Both the position numbers and the translations under genes were made by a program. The notes under the pieces were generated by a model. It ran no database searches. It worked only from the letters and a program-made list of their open reading frames with translations, and was not told the origin of the DNA. This document shows positions 63,192-63,869 of a stretch of DNA of 63,869 bases, piece after piece. Source of the stretch: a virus. Lineage: Duplodnaviria > Caudoviricetes. How positions within the stretch are numbered: position 1 is the first letter of the stretch; every line of letters starts with the position of its first letter. The stretch lies in the IMG/VR virus record IMGVR_UViG_3300017967_000018, positions 1 through 63,869 of that record. One strand, 5' to 3'.

Positions 63192-63869
63192 TGATTTTCA
63201 AAACACCTTGATATCAAAAATCAAATATCCTGCTATAATAGTAGGAGACTTGAAAACCAATCAAGAAACTTATTGTGGATTTAATTACATCGAAGCGGAT
63301 TATGATAGCAAACTATCTAGACTTTTACCCTTTAATCATTACGCAAGAAAAAATCTAGGGTACATTGCAGTAAAGAAATCTGATTGCATAATAGATACTG
63401 ATGATGATACTTTTCCAAGCAAAGATATATTTAGTTGGAAAAATTTTAAACGAGACATAGTAACTTCGCCTGCAACGCCAAATGTTTTAAGACTATTTAC
63501 AGATCAAAAAATATGGCCAAGAGGATTTCCTTTGGAAGAAATAAATAACAAGCAGGCAATCGAGGCGCGCCCAACAAACTTAGAGCCATCTGTTGTACAG
63601 AGTTTGGTAGCTGGCAATCCAGACGTTGATGCTATTTGGAGGTTGACAAGAGAACAAAAAGTGCAATTCGCAGATAACAAATGCTTTGTTCTTGATAACA
63701 ATGTTTTTACCCAAGGGAACACTCAGGCTACATTATGGATCGATCCTAGTATTTATTATTTACTTTACATTCCTTCAACAGTTTCATTTAGATTCTGCGA
63801 TATTTTGAAAATGTACGTGGCACAACGATGTCTGTGGGAGCTAGGAAAAAATATGGCGGTATGCTCTCC
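63163..63869 (+). CDS. STELLO/DUF288-like glycosyltransferase, truncated at right edge
   Basis: Read manually: VITTIN, VGD.KT, LPFNHYARKNLGY, DTDDD, WPRGFPL, Q.L..GNPDVDAI, FRFCDI. Confidence 0.8.
   Translation, partial: MPTAVITTINDFQNTLISKIKYPAIIVGDLKTNQETYCGFNYIEADYDSKLSRLLPFNHYARKNLGYIAVKKSDCIIDTDDDTFPSKDIFSWKNFKRDIVTSPATPNVLRLFTDQKIWPRGFPLEEINNKQAIEARPTNLEPSVVQSLVAGNPDVDAIWRLTREQKVQFADNKCFVLDNNVFTQGNTQATLWIDPSIYYLLYIPSTVSFRFCDILKMYVAQRCLWELGKNMAVCS

Noticed and set aside
1-63869. Stop-codon reassignment
   Set aside because: Conserved genes are full length in code 11 and end in TAA, TAG or TGA; no suppressor tRNA seen

Overview
This is a 64-kb segment of a large dsDNA tailed (jumbo/huge) bacteriophage genome using the standard genetic code. 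The host is unknown; the FliA/WhiG sigma factor and TIGR03790 gene weakly suggest a PVC/planctomycete-like host (inference only). The left half (minus strand) is a head module: a compact 290-aa HK97-type major capsid protein, a decoration protein, a 1912-aa protease-scaffold polyprotein, a portal fused to a DUF559 nuclease-like domain, many acidic head proteins and two free-standing endonucleases. The rest holds the terminase large subunit, nrdAB, a MazG-like enzyme, a sigma factor, a two-component system, two tRNA-Leu genes, a macrodomain, an ADP-ribosylglycohydrolase and many glycosyltransferases. Main unexplained signals: (1) a Ro60 (TROVE/rsr) operon preceded by three Y-RNA-like RNAs with the metazoan-type CCGA bulged stem and UUAUC motif, alternating with two tRNA mimics, with the rsr gene itself bracketed by a long-range inverted repeat; (2) about 12 unrelated proteins starting with M-[NST]-W-Y-K, plus pervasive K-x-A|[QSA] motifs, read as a capsid-targeting and maturation-cleavage code; (3) a probable -1 frameshift at an A10 run joining two head genes; (4) a leaderless Leu-rich mini-ORF with a hairpin upstream of tRNA-Leu(UAG); (5) a candidate phage promoter with AAAGG exactly 35 nt before SD-less ATGs. 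All family assignments come from motif recognition by eye, without database searches.
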